NCBI GenBank assembly: GCA_013239625.1
Contig: MU054187.1
Span: forward strand, 21,889,280 to 21,953,279
Direction: 5' to 3'
DNA: 64,000 bases
From: Lama guanicoe
Taxonomy: Eukaryota
The translations under genes and the position numbers were made by a program. The notes below the pieces were generated by a model. The model was not told the DNA's origin, searched no databases, and was given only the letters and a program-made list of their open reading frames with translations. This document shows positions 26,173-38,450 of this stretch, in pieces; the first letter of the stretch is position 1; each line of letters opens with the position of its first letter.

Positions 26173-28415
26173 GCCGTGAATGCCAGAAGTTGAGTGTTGT
26201 GTTTTTTAAGGAGGGCGAACTTTGTTAAGTTTGCTTTTATAACTGAAAGGTGGCGCTAATGGACTCCAGTTCTGAGTTTGGTGTGACTGGACGCTACAGA
26301 CATTCTTTGCGGTGTGATTAGTGGAAGTCTTGTGAGGAAACTGCAGACAAGAAGAGGAATGCTTGGGTAGATGTTTGAGAGTGTGGATTAGTTTCCAGAG
26401 GCCTCAAAGTTGGTTTAGGATTTGGAGGTCCATGCCAGTACCATGGTTGCTAATTTAGTGGCATGAAGTCAAGTCAGACTGTAGCCTTGAAGTCCTTATT
26501 TTTTCAAATGTGCATTGGGATGACACCCATCTAACCCTGCAAAACTCTATACATCGAGACCCTCAAAACATTTAATATCTTTAGACATAAAGTCTGGTTT
26601 TGCCGTTAGTGGCTTTGACACAACTTTCATCCCACCACTGGCTCACATGTTAACTTACCACTTTAGAAGATGGCAGCAATGAGCGAGTTACCCCAAGGAA
26701 TGACAGCGGTGTTGGGTCGGGAGAATCCCGCGATGCCGGAAGTCAAGCCATATGACCGAGTCCCAGGAGGCTAACGTTATTTAATAGATTACCACCTGGG
26801 CGAAGTAACAGCAGGCTGGTCAGTGCGAACTGGATGTGTTAATTAAATCCCTTGAAATTAGGAGGTGTGGAGCTTTCATTAATTAGTGGCAATACACAAG
26901 CTGATTCTCTGAGGGTACTTACTTAGTCCTGCTGGGAGCACTGAAAAAATGTAGCCAGTGTACACACTGTGGGGGGAGGGAGCATAATCGAACTCCAGCT
27001 ACGGGGGTGCTTACTCAACTGCACAGGCTGAGCAAGGCTGGAGCCGTTTTAAGGGGAAGTGTCCAACCAAAGGAGGGCCTCTCGCTGGGCCACCAGCTCC
27101 GTGAGGGCACAGATACAAGTCGCGTATGCTAACATTCCCCTTTTTGCCTCGCACGGTGTCTGGCACATAATAAACACTCAATAAATATTTAATGCATAAA
27201 TGATGTCATGAAAGTAGCTGAACGTAGGACAAATGCTCCTCTTCTTGAACAGCACATGATTAAGACTCATCCGCTTTTTTGCTCATCTCATTTAGTTAGA
27301 CCTTTTAGGAAAATGATCTCTCTAGCTTCAGGTGATAGCTTTCCAGTAAAGCATATTCCTTGACACCACCATTCTGAGTCATTGCCCGTGATCATAGTTA
27401 CCACCCAACGTAAAACTTCCTCCCAACTCCTGCCTGCACTCAAAGTGCTGAGTTATTACAAATGTCCCCTGGAATATTGAAACCACACTTGCGTCCTCCT
27501 TCAGTGGGCAGTAGGGCGGGGGGTGTCACTTTCTAATCATGCACAGGCTTCCAAACCGTTGCATTTCAGGCACACACAGCCCACGGAGGGGACGTGGCTA
27601 GGAGCTGCTGTGGTGAACGTATTTCAGCACCTGCCAATGTGCTTTTCAGGGTATAATCATTGCAGATATTTTAAAATTTCAACATCGGGCAGAAACTAAT
27701 TTGAATTAATTGTGTTATAGTAGTCCGATGACTATACCCTTAAAAGTCTATGAATGGGGCAGTAAGAATGTACTGAATATTGGGCACTGTTACATTTTGA
27801 GAGTGCAAATATAGTTCCTACCCCTTTAATGGGGAAGCAATATATTTATGAAGAGGTAAATAACTACTCAGGACCACTGGTCCGAAATTCTTTATGTGCT
27901 ATCACTATTTACTAGACGAATAGGAAGTATTCCACATAGAACATGTAAAAAATAAACAACTGTGGGTGAAATGAAATAACTAGGGGTGAAGCTGATCAAC
28001 TGTAAAGCTTGGATACATGTGAAAAATTTACATGTCAGTTATTCAGATAAGAATTGGCACAAAACATTGTTCTAAAAGAAATACATAGATCCAAAACCAC
28101 AACAGAGACCACACATTAATAAAATTAATTAGATTTTAGTTTCTCCTCTAATGCTTTCTTATTTGCTGTTAAAGAGCAAATTGTATTATTTTAGCTGAGG
28201 AAAAGTAAGTGAGAAGAGGTAAGAAAAAAAAAGTAACTGCAAATGTCATACTTTTAGAATTTCAGATTTAATATATGAAGAGTTAATGATTGTTTAAACT
28301 ACCCCTAAGGAAAGCACTTAAAGACTTAAAATGCAAATAAGAAGGCAAAATCAAGTTTCATGTTATTTTCTTTTAGATCACTAGATGATGGCAAAACATT
28401 TAAAATTTTTCATTT

Positions 28416-28434
28416 GGGGCACTAGATGGCAGCA
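28416..28434 (+). promoter_or_regulatory. CTCF-like motif GGGGCACTAGATGGCAGCA
   Basis: Near-consensus CACTAGATGGCAGC in an AT-rich background. Confidence 0.5.
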
Positions 28435-28774
28435 AAATAATTACAAAAATGACACATGAAACGCCATTTGCAGAGCAATGAGGATTTAAAAAAAAATTCT
28501 GAGCACAGTATTTCCTTTCCTCAAATGTTTAATATTAACCATCAATAGCTATGTACAACAGAAAAGATAGTGAGAGATTCTTACATAATTCTGAGCATTT
28601 TAATTGCCAAAAGTGAGGTCTACAGTTAGTAGTTGCTGCACTAAAATTGAAATAAATGAGAAACAAACATTTCACAGCCCTGATCAGTCTTCTGGAGGCC
28701 TGGATGCCAATCACACAGTGCTCGCCAGAAAGGTGGCCTCAGGCAAGTTGACCTGTCTGTGCCGCACTCTCCTT

Positions 28775-29135
28775 AGCACATGGATGGATGTGGAGGGCAT
28801 TATGCTAAGTGACGTAAGTCAGACAGAGAAAGGCAAATACTCTATGGTATCACTTACATGTGGAGTTAAAAAAATACAACAAACTAATGAATATAACAAA
28901 AAGAAGCAGACTCAGATACAGAGAACAAACTAGTGATTTTGGGGTTGGGAGGGAGAGAAGGGGGTGTGATAAAGGGGTGGGGGAGTGGGAGGCACAAATT
29001 ACTGGGTGTAAGGCAAGCTCAAGGATGTATTGTGCAACACGGGGAATATAGCCAATATTTTGTAATGGCTGTAAATGGAAAGTAACCTTTGAAAATTGTA
29101 TAAAAAATGAAAATTTAATTTAAAATGAATTAAAT
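28775..29135 (+). mobile_element. L1 3' end
   Basis: acatggatggatgtggagggcattatgctaagtga...gaaaattgtataaaaa. Confidence 0.8.
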
Positions 29136-29426
29136 AAGCTAATAAATCTAAATCTCCTAGAATAGTTATTCTAGCATGTAATAAAACTCTCAACAGGGGT
29201 TGACTATTACCTTCTGTAAATTAATTTTACTCCAACCAAGAAAAATTTTAATGGCTTATTCAATACCTAAAATCACGTTCCTTTCTTTGACTATGGATAA
29301 CATCATGAATCCACATCTTATCAATTCAGATACTTCCAAGGAGTTACCATACTGGGCTCCCCTAATGGGATCCCCTCTGAGTTTGGCATTGGGGGAAATG
29401 GTTTTTAAAAACAATGGTGATTAACA

Positions 29427-29745
29427 CAGGGAACTATGTTCAATATCTTGTAATAACCTCTAATGGAAAAAAATATGTAAATGAATATATGTATGTATAT
29501 GCATGGCTGGGACATTGTGCTGTGCACCAGAGATTGACACATTGTAACTGACTATACTTCAACTTAAAAAAATAAAAATTAAAAAATGGTGATCAACAAA
29601 GACCTACTCTATAGCACAGGGAACTGTATTCAATATCGTGTAATAACCTATAATGGAAAATAATCTGAAAAAGAATATATATATATATTATTTGCTGTAC
29701 ACCTGAAACATTGTAAGTCAACTATACTTCAGTAAGAGATCAAAA
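29427..29745 (+). mobile_element. Two adjacent or nested L1 3' tails
   Basis: cacagggaacta/gt..tcaatatc..taataacc..taatggaaaa occurs twice; TSD-like aatggtgat(t/c)aaca at 29413 and 29585. Confidence 0.75.
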
Positions 29746-30870
29746 CAAAACAATGACAATAACTCCAGTCTTATACTTTGTAGCAGGAAAAACAAGACAT
29801 GGTCACATTCTAGCACAAAGCTAGAAGAGAGAATTCAGAGAATTTTTCCAGAGAAAGGCTCTGTTTCAAAGCTTCACCCCTGACCTGAGGAAGTGTATGA
29901 TCAACAAAACATCCAGAAACTAAACCCAAATAGAGAGGTGGGAGTCCCGCAGTGTTCATTCTGTTTTGCTGACCGGCAAATGCCAGCAGGATCGAGTCCC
30001 TTGGAGTGTCACATGAAGTGGAAAATCTATCCTCATCATAAGTATGGAAAGTCTTCTGCCATGAAATTAATTTGGGGCTTGTCTGGGCAGGCCATGAAAA
30101 TCAGAATCCTGAATGAGACGCCCAAAGTCATCCTGGGGTTGAGTTTATCCATTTGGGGACAACTCAACTCCAGTTGTACCAAACGAAATAAAAAAATTGA
30201 GGCATAAAATCTAGGACCAAGGGAATGACTAGAGAACTAATGAACTCCTTTAGATTTGAAACATTAAATGGCAGCCACTTTACAAGTTGGCCAGGTTGAT
30301 AATCACAGGTAATCAGCAGGTGGTAAGAGCCAGTACACGGTGCAGTCACAGGGGACCGAGCGCACTACCGCAGCATAAAACCCAGTGATTTAAAAGCTAA
30401 TTTTAGCCAGGTGCAGAAAACAGGGAATCGATTCTCCCTTGTATTTAAATCACTCCCAGGTAAGAGGAGCCTGGAAGCTCAGGAAGACGATTTTGGCCTT
30501 TAAATGTAGAAATTTTCTGTTTCAACTTGTTTGTATATTTCAATCGTGCTCACTCATCTCATTTGAAATTTGGATGCTTCCAAACACATTTGTTCAAGGG
30601 AAGTCATTCCCCCGAGGGCGCTTGGGTCCCATGAAAGTGTATTACAAATGGGAATGTTTGAAAATACCATACATTTTGGGCTCAAAAAATCCACACTTCT
30701 CCCTCCTGTGTGTGTGTGATTGGTTTAATGGAGGGCAGGACCCTAAAGAGAGGGCCTGACAGGGGTCAGAAGATTGTACAAGCCAAGCAGAGCAAACTGG
30801 GTGGGGCCCAGTCCAGGGGAGAACTGAGAACCAAGTGCAAAAAGGTGCAGTTAGAAAGTTAGTGACAAGG

Positions 30871-30957
30871 AGAGGGGAGGGGTTCTAGATCAGTGGTAGA
30901 GCTTAGCATACACGAGGTCCTGGGTTCAACCCCCCATACTTTAATTAAAAAAAAAAA
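30871..30957 (+). mobile_element. tRNA-derived SINE (vic-1-like, internally deleted)
   Basis: tcagtggtagagcttagcatacacgaggtcctgggttcaa plus poly(A); TSD-like gttagt(g/a)a(c/t)aagg. Confidence 0.8.
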
Positions 30958-33900
30958 GGAGTTAGTAATAAGGAAACTGCTGTCCAGTGAAGATGTAGGC
31001 ATCAGGTTCTTGCACCAGGAATTAGTTAATTTTAGGAGTAACAAGAATACTTGAGAATTCTATCTGTGATGTAAGTTGTGTGTGTGTGGATGTGATGAGT
31101 AGTGAGGGCAGGGAGATTTTCGGAGGGTAAGGACTTTACCTGTCTCCTTATACTAACTACTGAGGCCCCAGTACCTAACACAAAATCTGGAACGTAGTCA
31201 GTGCTCAAACAGTATTTGTTGAATGAAGGGAGGAATGGATGGACAGAAGGACAGATGGATGGGGCAGTGAGAATCCTAAAACAGTGAACGCCCATCCAAG
31301 TCCATGAGCTGGTGGGAGTTATGTCCTCCTCCAAGGAAGCTCAGTGACTGACTTGTCAAGGGCCCTGGGAAGTACTCAGGGATTTCTGTTGCGGCTCCCA
31401 GGCTTCTCTGTAAGGAGGGTGTGCGTTCCAGACGAGAAGCAGTTTTACACATGTCCAGACCTTTCCACTTGCAAATTTAAATCCTCAAAGCAAATTTAAC
31501 TTGGTAGAGAAGAGACCTATTTTAGATATAAAAGGAGATTCTCTACCTGAATATTTATCTCTTTTAGCACTCGTACTTCTAATATGCAAATTGAGCTAGG
31601 CTGGCAATGAGCCTGTGTTCCTGGGCTCTGGCGATACTAACTGGCATGATGCATGCTGGCGCTGGGACTTTTAGAAATTTGCCTTGATCTTCTCACTGGT
31701 GATTTTGGTTCTCCATTTCATTCAGCTTTGTGCTCATAGCAATTCCACATACAGAATAAAAGTAATTCTTCCTAATTCAAATGCGTTCTGGCCAGAAGTT
31801 GGTGAAGTAGGATACTTTCGAAAAGTCAATAAACAGACACATTCCACCCAACCCCAACCAGATAGGTGGTCAGTTCAAGCAAACGTCCTGCCCTCCACAA
31901 ACAACGCAGACACACACGCTACATACGTCCTCACACACTTGTAATTACCACCTAGATTTACTTTATAATATACAATAATAATATAATATAATATAACTTA
32001 CCATAAAAATGTTTAAAAAAATTACTATGCAACAGAAACATTCACTCAGACAATGAATTTGTCAGAAATCAAACTCAGATCTCTTAGTGGTGGTGGAGGG
32101 GATGGTCCTTTACAATTCAGTTCGTAACTTGAGGTGTGAATCTCTGGTCGCCTCTATAAATTTTTTTTAATTTAAAGAAATAGTTTAGTGCTATTTCATC
32201 AGAGGTCTAATTTCTTCCTTTCAGTTTGTTTTCTCTAACAAAGGGCCTGTTGTCAAGATCGTGAGGTGTACTAAGCCTCTTGTCCTTAGCAGCTTAATTG
32301 ATATGAAACATTGATTAAGCCCCAGGAGGGGTGGGGCGTTTCAGAGGAATTATGAAATAACCACAAGGCATGAAGGAGAAAGTTTGCAGCTTGCTAAGAG
32401 TGCAGTGCTTTTAGCTGGGCAAAAGCATTCAATATTTGATGTATATGTTTTAAAGTAAACACAAGTGACTCAAAAAAAATCCTCTTTCAAAAAGGATTTC
32501 ATGTTTTTCCAAGGCGGTTATGTGTCAAGTAGGAAAGAAAGGAAAGTAGGTCAAGGAACTACCTGGAAGCACCAAGGAGAAGGGAAAAAAAAAAAAAAAG
32601 CAAGAAAAGGGCCACCTCCAAACAGGACTCAAGAGAAATTGTGCTAAACGTGATCGTGGCGCTGCGGGAAAGGCCTTATCGGGCACAGCCACGGTGCCCA
32701 ACACACTGGGCACGAAATACATGGTAAACAGTGATATCGGGGTCATTAGAAAGAAGGAAGAGATAGCAGAACCAAGGGGACAAGCGACCTGCAAAACCCG
32801 GCCCCGGGTCACCAGGCCCTCCAGGCCAGCAATGGACTCTTTTTGGACAATGCAGCTACTGGGGCCCAGTTTTAGATCAGTAGCCTTTGGTACAGGGTTT
32901 CTAAAAACAAATTATATACACACAGTATTATATGATTACACATGTTATAAAACATAAACAAAATGGAAATTTTCAACTGTAAAGAGAAATTCTTGTATTT
33001 CCTTCCTGCCATGGAGAGGCCCCTCACGTGCACCCCGAAGTGTGTGCATTGTGCGTGGAGGCTGCTGGTTTGCAGCCTTCGGCTGGCAAGGTCAGGTTAG
33101 ACCGTCTCCTGCCAACGGATCGACTTTGCTCTGTTCTGTGACTCCTCGCCCTGCTGGGCCACCGCTGGGCCCCTGCTGGGCCACTGCTGTGTGCACTGTC
33201 CCACCCAGTGGGGCAGAGCTGAGGGCGGAGGTAGGATGGATGATCCCATCACACGTGTTAGAAAAAGAGCGCAAAGAAGCCCTGCGGCGGATTGCGAGAA
33301 GTGCAGCAGGACGTTTTGACCTCCTGGTTTTGACCTTGGGTTGAGTGGTTTTCTGAATGGATTTTAAACTCTTAGCTCAAAGATGACAGAAGGAAAAAAA
33401 CAAGAAAAAGAAGAAAGGAAGAGGGTATTCCATCATACCAAAGATAGGTCAAGAGATATTTACTGTGTTATTCTTTCTGTCCCTTTAAAATATTAAAATA
33501 TGGAAATAGACATGACATTAATTGCTTCATTAAAGTGTGTGTTATGCACAAGGCACTGTCCTCAAGGGGAAGAGAGAAGGATTAGAAGAAGATGGAGAAG
33601 AAGGAGAAGAAAAAGAGAGACAGAGACACTGAGAAATATGGAGAAAACTTGTATGCAATAACTGAAAATTCAAGGCGATTTTTGCAAAGTGGTAAAACAA
33701 ATACACATAAATAATACGAAGCAAAGAAATATAAAAAAATGCTATGGAGTTTCAGAGGCAAGAACAATTATTTTCGGATTAGACTACTCTTCTATCCCCA
33801 GACCCTCACTCTGAGCAGTTCAGAACTTTCAAGGTACCTTTTCTTGCATAAAATAGACTTACTTTCACCTATAGAATTAACCTGGGTAGGTACCAAATGA

Positions 33901-34711
33901 GCAAGCTGTAGAATTACGAAATGTAACCATCTGTTTCCTGTGGCCTATTCATATATATTTTAGGATAATAAAAGTGCTGGTTTCCCCTTTGGATACTCTT
34001 AAGACAGTTTCCAGGAAACCAAATTTATCTGGATTTAAGCCTTTCCTGGGCTCTTCTCCGGTGAGTGAGGTCCTGGAGGCATAAGGTAATTTACTTTGCC
34101 CTTGTCCTTAAGATAATGGCTAAAGGCTAGGTTCTCATTGGGGAAAAAGACATTACTACATGGAGACACTTGAGGGCACCCTAGTCAACAACCAAAAGCA
34201 AAAACATAAAAAAACAAAGCATAAAAAATATATATTCCAATCTGAAATTTGGGGTGGGAAAGTATGTTTTGCTCCTAGTTTAAGATCCCCAGGGAATCCT
34301 GACTCTTGCCCTTGATTTAAGGAGAAAAAAATTACTTTCATCCCTATAATTCCCCTGTGTGGAAAATGTTAAATTGCTCTTGCTACTAAAAGGAAGTCAG
34401 AAATTCCGCGGACAAGGTGGTGATTTACAAGCAAATGAGAAGTTTAATCATGTGATGAAGTTACTATTGGTATCATCAAGCTATCATGATTTGGGGAGGC
34501 AAGCCATTATTGGAGATATACTGAAGCAAAGTGAATAAACAATAAGGTGGAGAGGTGAGATTTTATGCTTTTCTATTGAATCCAACCAACACAAGGTGAG
34601 TGAGGGTATCTTATGAGCAAAGCACTGTCCTAGGGCTCACGTGTTGCTGGACATAACATGGAACTCTTTCAGACCTTTTACAAAAGCATTACTTTACAGA
34701 TGCCCTTCAGG

Positions 34712-34910
34712 CAGAGTTTCATCATCTTGGTACTGCTAACATTTTGGACTGAATCTTTCCTTGTTACAGGAGAGTGTTCTGTGCGTTATAGGATGTTCAG
34801 CAGCATTCCTGGATGCCAGGAGCACCCTCTCCTGCCCACTGCTGAGCTGTGACAACCAAAATGTCTCTAGACAGTGTCAATATTGCCCCCAATTGAAAAG
34901 AGAAACAATG
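34712..34910. mobile_element. MER20-like hAT DNA transposon (partial second copy at 35301-35466)
   Basis: acattttggactg...taggatgttcagcagcattcctgg...gtgacaaccaaaatgtctctagaca...ttgcccccaattga. Confidence 0.75.
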
Positions 34911-36271
34911 CTCTAAGGAGAGATGGACTTTCATTAAACAGTATTTCATGGTGCCACAAGTGGCAGCTGCCACAGAACATAAAATATTTTAAACATATAA
35001 TTTGCATTTTTTTGTGTAATTGTCATACTTAGTACTTCCATTCTAGTTCTGGTTAATTGAAACCAGGTAACAATGTTTGAATTCACCAACTACCCTTAAA
35101 CAAACTAAATAGATTTAATTATTTATGGAAAAGTTTAAATGTCACTAGTTACCATGAAAGAAAAAGACACATTTAGGAACTAAATTTTTCAAAGTCTGAA
35201 AAGCAGTTCACTAAGGGAAGTTAAATTCATTTGTTTATTAAATGCATAATTAGTCTATCTCCTGCCACTTTAGTGCTTAGACGGGTTTTGGTAGGAAGCA
35301 CTGGACTGAATCTTTCCTTGTTATAGGGGACTGTTCTGTGCATTATAGGATGTTCAGCAGCATTCCTGGATGCCAGCAGCACCCTCTCCTGCCCACTGCT
35401 GAGCTGTGACAACCAAAATGTCTCTAGACAGTGTCAATATTGCCCCCAACTCAAAAGAGAAACAATAGGCCGAAGAGCAGACGGCTAAGAACGCAAGCTC
35501 GGGAGCAGGACGAGCTGACAGCGCCCTTCCCCGTGGAGCGTGGGCCAAGCTGACTTAACGTCTCTGCCTCAGGATCATGTAAAACATCCAAAATGTGGGA
35601 GCGTAATCAGTTTCCAAAAAGTGTTATTTTTATAAAAGTAGGAACTCCCAAAATGTTTATCAAGGAAAGGTGAATTTTTTTCATCCAAGTTAGAGAAACA
35701 GAAAAGCCAGTCTATGCTTTTACAATGGGAAGTACTCTAGTAATAATTATACCATTTATTTAATAAAAGTCTGAAAAGCAGTTCACTAAGGGAAGTTAAA
35801 TTCATTTGTTTATTAGATGCATAGTTAGTCTATCTCCTGCCACTTTAGTGCTTAGACGGGTTTTGGTAGGAAGCCCTAAGAATGATCAGTATGTCGCTAT
35901 AACTTTCTGTTTTTACAGAGTAGTGTTGAGCACATAATCTGAATGCATCGTTACTCTGACGCCTTGAGTGACGCTGAAGAGCAGACGGCTAAGAACGCGA
36001 GCTCGGGAGCAGGACGAGCTGACAGTGCCCTTCCCCGTGGAGCCTGGGCCAAGCTGACTTAACGTCTCTGCCTCAGGATCATGTAAAACATCCAAAATGT
36101 GGGAGCGTAATCAGTTTCCAAAAAGTGCTATTTTTATAAAAGTAGGAACTCCCAAAATGTTTATCAAGGAAAGGGAATTTTTTTCATCCAAGTTGGAGAA
36201 ACAGAAAAGCCAGTTTATGATTTTACAATGGGAAGTACTCTAGTAATAATTATACCATTTATTTAATAAAG
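34746..36271. repeat. Mosaic local duplication: block A (34746-34909 / 35302-35466), B (35191-35299 / 35766-35874), C (35472-35769 / 35976-36271)
   Basis: Pairwise direct repeats read directly from the sequence, with a few percent mismatches. Confidence 0.92.
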
Positions 36272-37096
36272 AAAGGCGGCTAGAACAGTGTCTGCTGTCT
36301 TCCAGGTGCTAGCTCTCATCAAAATGCTCTGGAAGTAGAATTTGCTCCCTAATTTACACATAAAGTGAGTGAAGTTTGGAGGAATTGCTTAGCTTGTTCA
36401 AGGTGATGCAGCACGTCTCTAAGTGTTGGAGCCAGAATCTGAACTCAGGTCCATCTGCTCACCACGTTGATTCCCATGCACAGCTCCACGTCTCTCTTCT
36501 GCAGTAGCAGGAACCCTAGCAGGGCAGCCAACATCCCAGGCATCATGCTAGCTTACATGATTAAACCACTGGGATTAGTCCATTTAACACTCCCAGCAAC
36601 CCGAGGTATGCACTATTTTTATAAAAGTAGGAACTCCCAAAATGTTTATCAAGGAAAGGGAATTTTTTTCATCCAAGTTGGAGAAACAGAAAAGCCAGTT
36701 TATGATTTTACAATGGGAAGTACTCTAGTAATAATTATACCATTTATTTAATAAAGAAAGGCGGCTAGAACAGTGTCTGCTGTCTTCCAGGTGCTAGCTC
36801 TCATCATAATGCTCTGGAAGTAGAATTTGCTCCCTAATTTACGCATAAAGTGAGTGAAGTTTGGAGGAATTGCTTAGCTTGTTCAAGGTGATGCAGCACG
36901 TCTCTAAGTGTTGGAGCCAGAATCTGAACTCAGGTCCATCTGCTCACCACGTTGATTCCCATGCACAGCTCCACGTCTCTCTTCTGCAGTAGCAGGAACC
37001 CTAGCAGGGCAGCCAACATCCCAGGCATCATGATAGCTTACATGACTAAACCACTGGGATTAGTCCATTTAACACTCCCAGCAACCCGAGGTATGC
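36128..37096. repeat. Tandem duplication, 485-bp period (36128-36611 / 36613-37096)
   Basis: Near-identical copies; I counted about 4 mismatches by eye. Confidence 0.95.
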
Positions 37097-37479
37097 TTTT
37101 ACATTTCAGAAGTGGAAACTGAGGCTTGAGGAGGTGAAATAAATCATCCAAAGCAAAGTAGGTGTAAGTCCTAGAAGCTGAATCCAAACTCACAAAACCT
37201 GGGCTCCTGGCCACCGTGTGACACTGCTTCCCAGGCTATGGCAGAAGAATGCCAAGAGACTCAGAGGCTAAGGAGGACAGCCAGAGTCAGGATTAAAGTG
37301 GCTTTATGGGTCAGGAAAAGGAGTTTGCATTTTTCTGTGAAAGGTCATTGTCAGACGGTCAAAGGCAAGGATGTGGGATAGCAAGAAGCATTCTGGGAAT
37401 TTCTACCAATTTCCTCATCTATAAAATAATCAGACTAGATAATCCCTGAACTCCTTTTAGTTCTGAAACACTACATTGT

Positions 37480-38035
37480 TACAATTTGTGTCATTCCTTT
37501 CCTTCCAACCTCCTGATGGCTTCCCTGTGCAATTACTGCAAAGCCCTTCCCTGGTAGTTGTCCTCAGGGCTCTGCCGGTTGGCCGCCCCTGCCTGCCTCT
37601 GACTTCACCTCCTTGTCTTCTCCCCCTCAGTCACACAATGCTCCTGCCATAAACTTTTCTGTTCTAGAAACTTCCTCCATCAGGGCTTTTACACTTAGGA
37701 TTTCCGATTTCTTCTGCCTGAAATGTCCTTCCCCAGATCTTTCCTTAGTGGTTCGTGAAATGTCGCTTTCTTCCATGGGTCTTCCATAACCACGGCACCC
37801 AAAGTAACATCCACCCCCTCGCTATTCTCTACGTCATTGTTTTATTTCCTTCTGACTAATTACCACTGCTGGAAATTCACTCTTCTTGTTGCTTATCCGT
37901 TTACTGTATTCTGCCCCCATCCATCCCCATGTCAGCTCCATGCGGACAGGGATCCTGTCCACGTGGTTCACGGCTGTAGCCCCTGTGCTGATGCCTGGCG
38001 CGTGACAGCACTTGACAGATTTGCTGACTGAAAGA
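37480..38035. mobile_element. L2 fragment
   Basis: Pyrimidine-rich L2-like 3' region ending atgtcagctccatgcggacaggga...gatttgctgactgaaagaatg. Confidence 0.55.
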
Positions 38036-38361
38036 ATGGACAGCTCACTGCAGCTTTTACAGCCTACACAGAACCTAAAAATTACTAAGCGCACAACAGG
38101 AGCTCAAAGATCACACAATAGCAGTAATGATAACTAGTACGTATTATCACACTCTAAGCATTGGCACTGTGCTAAACCCTTCATACAAATTATACATGTT
38201 ACTCGTCGCAGTAACTCTGTGAGGTGGATATTATTATTATCCTAGCTTTCCAAATATCAGAAAGCAAGTCTATTGACCCAGATTAAAAACCAATTCTAAT
38301 TTTAGCACAACAATATTTGTTAACTGACTGGCTTCTGTAAAGAGAGACTGCTGTTACCTCT

Positions 38362-38450
38362 AATTAATTAATTAATGGAGGTACCGGGGATCGAACCCAG
38401 GACCTCGTGCATGCTAAGCATGCGCTCTACCACTGAGCTAGACCCACCCC
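38362..38450 (-). mobile_element. tRNA-derived SINE (vic-1-like)
   Basis: Reverse complement of the SINE head: tggaggtaccggggatcgaacccaggacctcgtgcatgctaagcatgcgctctaccactgagcta. Confidence 0.88.

Noticed and set aside
34746..37096. Repeats as a CRISPR-like or satellite array
   Set aside because: Units are 100-485 bp, irregular and present in 2-3 copies, with no repeat-spacer periodicity; eukaryotic context.
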